Source of the DNA: an uncultured Bacteroidales bacterium
GTDB taxonomy: Bacteria > Bacteroidota > Bacteroidia > Bacteroidales > UBA10428
DNA length: 64,000 nucleotides
Direction of reading: 5' to 3'
Assembly (NCBI GenBank): GCA_964592225.1
Contig: CAZQCO010000003.1
Location: 15,200 to 79,199 of the forward strand
Shown here: positions 58,024-64,000 of the stretch, in pieces
Layout of the letters: every line of letters starts with the position of its first letter
Position numbering within the stretch: the stretch's first letter is position 1
The notes under the pieces: generated by a model
Databases searched by the model: none
Told to the model about the DNA's origin: nothing
The model's input: only the letters and a program-made list of their open reading frames with translations
Made by a program: the position numbers and the translations under genes

Positions 58024-61000
58024 TTGAAGAGGGTCACGCGAAGTATCATTAGTAAACAGTTACAAACAGCTAATTGTATGCATAAATCAAATATAGTACA
58101 GGAAGACGATAACAAGGCGATAGTTATTCAAAAAATTTTAGCTCTTCTGAATAATTCTGATTCATTGGCTGCTTCGCTTCAGGAAATATGTAACCTATTG
58201 CCCGGAGCTTACGCAAATTCTGATTTGGTCTCAGCAAAAATGGTGATTGATGATAAGGTTTTTTATTCAAAAAATTTTAAAGAAACCCAATGGCAGGAAA
58301 AGCATGTTTTTGAAACACCGGGAATTAAAGAGTCGGCAGTTGAAATATATTTCACACATAATTATCTTGAAAAAGCGGGGCAGGATTTCATTCTCAAGGA
58401 CACTAATTTTCTGGTTGCGGTAGCTACTTTGTTAAGTGGAGCCATATCGCGTTCTGAGCTGAAAAAACTTCTCTATGAAAATACGGAACGGCTCAAGGAA
58501 TTGCGGGGAATCAACCGGACTGCCGATATACTCAGTCGTGGAACTACGTTGGAGGAGTCGTTACAGGAAATATGTTCCTTTCTACCTGAGGCCTGGCAAT
58601 ATCCTGAATTTACAGTTACTCGCATAACCTATGAAGATAAGGTTTTTAAAGGAAGAAATTTTAAGGTAACACCCTGGGTACAAAGCCAGCAATTCGAGAC
58701 TCCCGATGGGAAAAAAGGTCTTATCGAGATATACTACCTGAAAGAGTTTCCTTTATCTTTCGAAGGGCCGTTTCTTCAGGAAGAACGCAATCTCATCGAT
58801 AATCTGGCTGCACTTATTTCAGGAACTGTTTCAAAAAATACCCTGCAGAAATTATTGATCCAAAATACGGAAAGGCTGAAAGAATTGCGCGGCATTAACC
58901 AGACATCTTTGATTCTAAAGCAAAGCAAGTCGATCGAAGAATCACTGAAAATGATTTGTTCCATATTGCCCGAAGCCTGGCAATATCCTGAATATACGGC
59001 AGTGAGGATTATATTCGAGAAACAGGTTTTTTCCAGTATTAATTTTAAAAAAACCCGATGGGTTCAAAAACAGTTTTTTGAAACCCCGGGGCATAAAAAA
59101 GGAACAATAGAAGTTTATTATCTTAAAGAATTTCCACAGGAAGATGAAGGTCCTTTTTTAAAAGAAGAACGGAACCTTTTAATTAATCTGGCCAACCTGA
59201 TTGCGGGTTCAGCCAGCCGGCATGTGTTAAGCAAATTATTAAGTGAAAATAAAGAACGATTAAAGGAACTTAAAGCGATTAATCAAACCTCAAAAATTAT
59301 TGCTGAAGGAAAATCGATTGATGAAACCCTGCAGGAAATCTGTTCCATTTTACCCCGGTCGTGGCAATATCCCAAATATACCGGAACCCGGATCATATAC
59401 GAAAGAAAAACTTATGTCAGTCACGAATTTCCCGAAACAGTTTGGTCACAAAGGGAAAACTTCGTTACCATTGATAATAAAAAGGGTACTATCGAAGTAT
59501 TCTATCTCAAGGAATTCCCAAAAGAATATGAAGGCCCTTTCCTTAAAGAGGAGAGAAATTTGCTTATCAATTTAGGCAAGCTCATTAGCGGATATTTGAA
59601 TAATTACAAAGGGAGGGAAATGGTTCGTAAAAATATTTTCGGGGAACGTGAAAAGAGCCCTTCGACCGATTATCGCGAATCGCTGGTTCGGAATAAACAA
59701 CCTCTGCAGTTATTCTTTAACAAACAGGTACTCGATAAGTATATATATCTTGATATGATGAAATTTAAAGTGAAAGAGATCCTGTTTGTTGCCACATTAT
59801 ACGATGCCTTTACGTTACAGGCCGAAGATAATTTTTTCGAACGCTTTATGGGGGTAATTTATCAATACAGTTTATTCTCATTGCCACGTATCACAGGAGT
59901 AACTTCACCTGATGAGGCAATTGAGTTGCTTGATACTACCCGCTTTGATCTGGTGATTCTAATGGTAGGACTTGACAGGGAATCGCCAATAATGCTAAGT
60001 GAACGAATAAAACAACAGCAGCCCGATCTGCTGGTTTACCTGTTATTGAACCAGAGAAGTAATATCAACTATTTTGAAGAACTTGTTCCTCGATTGCCAT
60101 CGATCGATAAAATATTTACCTGGAATGGTGATTCGCAAATATTTTTTGCCATTGTAAAATCAACGGAAGATAAGGCAAATGTCGATAACGATACCATAAT
60201 CGGGTTGGTAAGGATTATTTTACTGGTCGAAGATTCGGCCCCATACTATTCAAAATACCTGCAGATTCTTTATTCTATTGTTTTCGATCAGGTTCAACAA
60301 TTATTACCGGAAGTTGAAAAAAATGAACTCGATAAGATTGCTAAAATGCGGTCGCGACCAAAAATACTTCTTGCCCGTAATTATGAAGATGCGCAATATA
60401 TCTTCAATAGGTATAAGGATTTTATGCTGTGTGTGATTTCCGATGTAGAGTTCGAAAAGGACGGGAAACTCGATAAAAAAGCAGGCATTAAGTTCATTAA
60501 TTACGTAAAATCGCACATTATTAACCTTCCAATTATTTTACAATCATCGGATGATAAAAATAAGAAACTGGCAAATGAACTGAAGGTCAGTTTTATCAAT
60601 AAAAATTCTGAAACCCTATTAACCGATCTGAAAAAATTTCTGACACAATACCTGGGATTCGGTGATTTTATTTTCAGGGATAAAGAGGGGAATCCCATTG
60701 CCAGAGCTCATTCGCTAAGAGAATTTGAAACATTGCTGCAAAAAATTTCCGATGAGACTTTCTACTTTCATGCACGCGAGAATCAGTTCTCGCTTTGGCT
60801 AATGGCCCGCGGAGAAATTCAACTTGCCAGAACACTGAATCCGATGAGGGTTAACAATATTTATAATATTAAAAATTCGAAATATCAGTTTCTTAAAACC
60901 CTTAAGCAGTACAAGGAAGAGAAAAAAAGGGGGAAAGTACTGAATTATGAGGAAACATCGACTTTAGACGAAAAGAACATCATTGCCTATTCTTCCGGAT

Positions 61001-62667
61001 CATTTGGAGGGAAAGGCAGAGGCCTTGCATTTATTAACGTACTGATTAATAATCTCGATTTTACTTCCTTTAACAAGAAAATCAATATACGTACTCCAAA
61101 AACAGTTATCATCGGGACCGATGAATTCGAAAGCTTTCTTGAGATCAATAGATTTTATGATGTTATCATTAATAAGAAAATAAACTATCAGCAGCTGAGA
61201 TCGTTATTTGTAAACGGAGAACTCTCCACAACACTTACCGAGAGGCTTAGAATATTTCTTGATCAGGTGGATCGTCCTGTTGCAGTGCGTTCGTCGAGCT
61301 TGCTTGAAGATTCTATTTCACAGCCTTTTGCAGGAATATTTGATACCTATATTATTCCCTATAAGAAGGGTATGCAAAAGAAAACCACACTCGAAAAACT
61401 ATCAAAAGCCATTAAACTGGTTTTTGCATCGGTATATTCCGATGAAGCCCGGGCCTATTTCAATACGATACATCATAAAATAGAGGAAGAAAAGATGGCA
61501 GTTGTGCTGCAGGAACTAGTGGGAAAACAGTTTGATAGTTATTACTATCCCCATATTAGCGGGGTGGCTCAATCCTATAATTTCTACCCGGTGGCTCACA
61601 TGGACCCCGAAGAAGGATTTGCTGTTATTGCATTAGGCTTGGGAGCATATGTTGTTGGGGGAAGAAATTCGTACCGCTTTTCGCCAAAATATCCAAAAGT
61701 TGAGATGTATTCCTCCAGAGACATACTAAACAGTTCACAGGTTCAGTTCTATGCACTCGATTTATCTAAAAAAAATATCGATTATGTAAAAGAGGGAGAA
61801 CTGGCTTCATTAACACTTCTTGATATAGATATTGCCGAGAAACAGGGAACACTTAAACATCTGGCTTCGGTATACAATTCAGAGAATGATCGTATCGATT
61901 CCGGCTTGAGCGCTGCAGGTCCACGGATAATGAATTTTGCTGATATTTTGAAATACGATTACATTCCACTGGCCGAAACTATTGATATGATGCTGACTAC
62001 TATTAAAGATGCCTTGGGATCTCCGGTCGAAATTGAATTTGCTGTTGATCTGAATCCAACTCTGAACGAACTGCCTTCTTTTTACCTGCTACAGGTTAAA
62101 CCTCTTGTAGGTAACCAGTATAGCAATAATATTGATTTTTCCCAGTTAGATAGATCCAGAATGATCCTGTACACGGAAACATCGCTTGGTAATGGTGAGT
62201 TTAACGATATATATGATGTAATATGTATCGATGTAACTCATTTCGATAAATTAAAAACACTCGAAATGGCTGCCGAAGTGGAATATCTGAACGATAAGCT
62301 TAAAAAACAGAATAGGCAGTATATACTTATCGGACCCGGACGCTGGGGCACACGCGATCGTTTTCTTGGAATACCTGTCAACTGGAATCAGATCTCAAAT
62401 GCCAAAGTGATTGTTGAAATCAGTCTGGCCAATTATCCGCTCGACTCATCGCTGGGATCGCATTTTTTTCACAATATTACTTCCATGAATATTGGATATT
62501 TCTCTGTTCTCGATTCAGCGGATAATAATTTTATTAAATGGAAATTACTGGACCGTGAAAATTTAAGCAGCCGGACCAAATATTTTAAGCACATTCAATT
62601 CGAAAAGCCGTTAACGGTTTTAATGAATGGTAAAACAAGAAGTGCTGCAATTATTGATAATTCCTGA
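58024..62667 (+). CDS. multidomain signalling protein: 4 tandem GAF-like sensor repeats, pseudo-receiver, receiver, PPDK_N-type ATP-grasp (PEP/pyruvate-binding) domain
   Basis: Residues ~26-537 hold four 128-aa repeats ('SLQEIC..LP.AWQYPE.T..RI...F..T.W....FETP..KKG.IE.YYLKEFP...EGPFL.EERNL'). Residues ~583-715 are receiver-like but lack the acidic pocket ('ILFVATLYDAF', 'DLVILMVGLD'). Residues ~729-876 form a receiver with 'ILLVEDS', 'LCVISDVEF' (D807, codon 60442-60444), 'PIILQSS' and 'FINKN'. Residues ~880-1547 carry PPDK_N hallmarks: 'SFGGKGRGLAFIN', 'PVAVRSSSLLEDSISQPFAGIFDT', 'MAVVLQELVG...ISGVAQS', 'VEIEFAVD', 'YLLQVKPL'. The start is either TTG 58024 (track) or ATG 58078. Confidence 0.8.
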   Translation: MKRVTRSIISKQLQTANCMHKSNIVQEDDNKAIVIQKILALLNNSDSLAASLQEICNLLPGAYANSDLVSAKMVIDDKVFYSKNFKETQWQEKHVFETPGIKESAVEIYFTHNYLEKAGQDFILKDTNFLVAVATLLSGAISRSELKKLLYENTERLKELRGINRTADILSRGTTLEESLQEICSFLPEAWQYPEFTVTRITYEDKVFKGRNFKVTPWVQSQQFETPDGKKGLIEIYYLKEFPLSFEGPFLQEERNLIDNLAALISGTVSKNTLQKLLIQNTERLKELRGINQTSLILKQSKSIEESLKMICSILPEAWQYPEYTAVRIIFEKQVFSSINFKKTRWVQKQFFETPGHKKGTIEVYYLKEFPQEDEGPFLKEERNLLINLANLIAGSASRHVLSKLLSENKERLKELKAINQTSKIIAEGKSIDETLQEICSILPRSWQYPKYTGTRIIYERKTYVSHEFPETVWSQRENFVTIDNKKGTIEVFYLKEFPKEYEGPFLKEERNLLINLGKLISGYLNNYKGREMVRKNIFGEREKSPSTDYRESLVRNKQPLQLFFNKQVLDKYIYLDMMKFKVKEILFVATLYDAFTLQAEDNFFERFMGVIYQYSLFSLPRITGVTSPDEAIELLDTTRFDLVILMVGLDRESPIMLSERIKQQQPDLLVYLLLNQRSNINYFEELVPRLPSIDKIFTWNGDSQIFFAIVKSTEDKANVDNDTIIGLVRIILLVEDSAPYYSKYLQILYSIVFDQVQQLLPEVEKNELDKIAKMRSRPKILLARNYEDAQYIFNRYKDFMLCVISDVEFEKDGKLDKKAGIKFINYVKSHIINLPIILQSSDDKNKKLANELKVSFINKNSETLLTDLKKFLTQYLGFGDFIFRDKEGNPIARAHSLREFETLLQKISDETFYFHARENQFSLWLMARGEIQLARTLNPMRVNNIYNIKNSKYQFLKTLKQYKEEKKRGKVLNYEETSTLDEKNIIAYSSGSFGGKGRGLAFINVLINNLDFTSFNKKINIRTPKTVIIGTDEFESFLEINRFYDVIINKKINYQQLRSLFVNGELSTTLTERLRIFLDQVDRPVAVRSSSLLEDSISQPFAGIFDTYIIPYKKGMQKKTTLEKLSKAIKLVFASVYSDEARAYFNTIHHKIEEEKMAVVLQELVGKQFDSYYYPHISGVAQSYNFYPVAHMDPEEGFAVIALGLGAYVVGGRNSYRFSPKYPKVEMYSSRDILNSSQVQFYALDLSKKNIDYVKEGELASLTLLDIDIAEKQGTLKHLASVYNSENDRIDSGLSAAGPRIMNFADILKYDYIPLAETIDMMLTTIKDALGSPVEIEFAVDLNPTLNELPSFYLLQVKPLVGNQYSNNIDFSQLDRSRMILYTETSLGNGEFNDIYDVICIDVTHFDKLKTLEMAAEVEYLNDKLKKQNRQYILIGPGRWGTRDRFLGIPVNWNQISNAKVIVEISLANYPLDSSLGSHFFHNITSMNIGYFSVLDSADNNFIKWKLLDRENLSSRTKYFKHIQFEKPLTVLMNGKTRSAAIIDNS
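58099..59634 (+). repeat. four intragenic tandem repeats with an exact 384-nt (128-aa) period
   Basis: The equivalent codons T154, T282 and K410 of '(T/K)ERLKEL' start at 58483, 58867 and 59251, each 384 nt apart. 'SLQEIC' of repeat 1 and repeat 2 are also 128 aa apart. By my hand count repeats 2 and 3 are ~60% identical at protein level; repeat 1 is the most diverged. Confidence 0.9.
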
Positions 62668-62672
62668 AAACT

Positions 62673-63326
62673 ATGATACAGGTAGGCATCTATGATGAAC
62701 ACAAACTGGCCCAGGAAGGATTAAGGTCACTTCTTGAGGAGGTAATGGATGTTGAAGTTGTATTTGCAGCCGAAACTAAAGATATGCTTTTTGAAAAACT
62801 GAATGCTGCCCCGGTTCATATACTCTTAGTGAATATTCACTCGCTTACTACCCAGTTTCTGAATGCCATTATGCAGGTGAATATCGGATTCCCAAAAATA
62901 AATATTCTGGTAATGTCCGCCCATAATGATGAAGACACTATTTTAAAAACAATAAAAACAGGGGCTAAAGGATTTCTCGCACGCAATACCGATAAGAATG
63001 AACTTATCGAAGCCATTTATTCCCTGCGAGGCGGACATGATTTCTACAGTAAGTCGATAACTCACTTATTGATAAATAAATATATCACACGATTACAGAA
63101 TGAAGGAAATGAAAATATAAATAATATTCAGAGTTTGAGTACCCGCGAAATTGAGATAATAAAATTATGGGGAAGGAGTCAGACCAATAAAGAAATTGCC
63201 GATAAATTGTTTATTAGCGTGAGGACAGTCGAATCGCATAAAAACCATATTATGCAAAAACTTAACCTGAAAACTGCGGTCGATCTGGTAAAGTTTGCTA
63301 TCAAGAATAATATCATTGAAATATAA
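62673..63326 (+). CDS. LuxR/NarL-family regulator with atypical (Asp-less) receiver domain
   Basis: The C-terminal GerE/LuxR HTH reads 'LSTREIEIIKLWGRSQTNKEIADKLFISVRTVESHKNHIMQKL'. The N-terminal receiver fold keeps 'YDEH' and 'ILVMSA'. The phospho-acceptor position reads 'HILLVNIHSL' (Asn54, AAT at 62832-62834). The conserved Lys position reads 'GFLARN' (Arg104). The gene starts 5 nt after the stop of the upstream gene. Confidence 0.85.
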   Translation: MIQVGIYDEHKLAQEGLRSLLEEVMDVEVVFAAETKDMLFEKLNAAPVHILLVNIHSLTTQFLNAIMQVNIGFPKINILVMSAHNDEDTILKTIKTGAKGFLARNTDKNELIEAIYSLRGGHDFYSKSITHLLINKYITRLQNEGNENINNIQSLSTREIEIIKLWGRSQTNKEIADKLFISVRTVESHKNHIMQKLNLKTAVDLVKFAIKNNIIEI

Positions 63327-63503
63327 CCCGATAAAGGCTTTCAGAAATTCACTTAATGTTATAGGTATTTCACGGAATCTGAACCTTTAGAATTATCACC
63401 TATAATAAAGTTAGTTATTTTCAGGCCCGAAAAGGGATAGATATCTTTTTTTGTCTTTTTCGATACTGGATAACAGAGGAGAAAAAGAACTTTTACAGAT
63501 TAA

Positions 63504-64000
<497 letters not shown>

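Noticed and set aside
57764-58115. Two minus-strand ORFs (84 and 64 aa) in the spacer upstream of the giant gene
   Set aside because: They are basic and low-complexity, overlap the 3' end of the DHOD-like gene or the 5' end of the giant gene, and have no motif.

Overview
AT-rich chromosomal segment that looks Bacteroidota-like. This is an inference from three things: recurrent TAnnTTTG -7 promoter boxes, ftsX-DUF3098-uppP synteny, and DUF2723 and DUF5106-like genes. Coding density is high and most genes are housekeeping. I saw no rRNA, tRNA, CRISPR array, transposase, integrase or phage genes. The main theme is nitrogen assimilation and Arg/Pro biosynthesis. carA sits at 10.0 kb. From 39 to 56 kb run carB, then divergently argR-argG-argH, a degenerate proB paralog, proB, proA, citrate synthase and gltB-gltD. 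A partial gdhA lies at the 3' window edge; it is not in the ORF track because it has no stop. Other content: ftsX/uppP/truB/queA, rsgA, xth, a U32 peptidase, MATE and DMT transporters, two sensor kinases, an exported TldD/PmbA-like pair, and a 951-aa exported HExxH/propeller/barrel-like protein. The most unusual locus is 58.0-63.3 kb, wedged between gltBD and gdhA. It encodes a ~1530-1547-aa protein with four exact 128-aa tandem sensor repeats, a pseudo-receiver, a receiver and a PPDK_N-type ATP-grasp (PEP/pyruvate-binding) domain. I could find no histidine-kinase domain and no swivel-His domain in it. Five nt downstream is a LuxR-type regulator whose phospho-acceptor Asp is Asn. Secondary observations are a tandem ARG-box operator overlapping the argR promoter, a sORF plus strong terminator just upstream of gltB, a catalytically degenerate proB paralog, and a papain-like BtrH_N/DUF4872 gene interrupted by one in-frame TAA. 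All family assignments come from reading motifs by eye; no database search was run.
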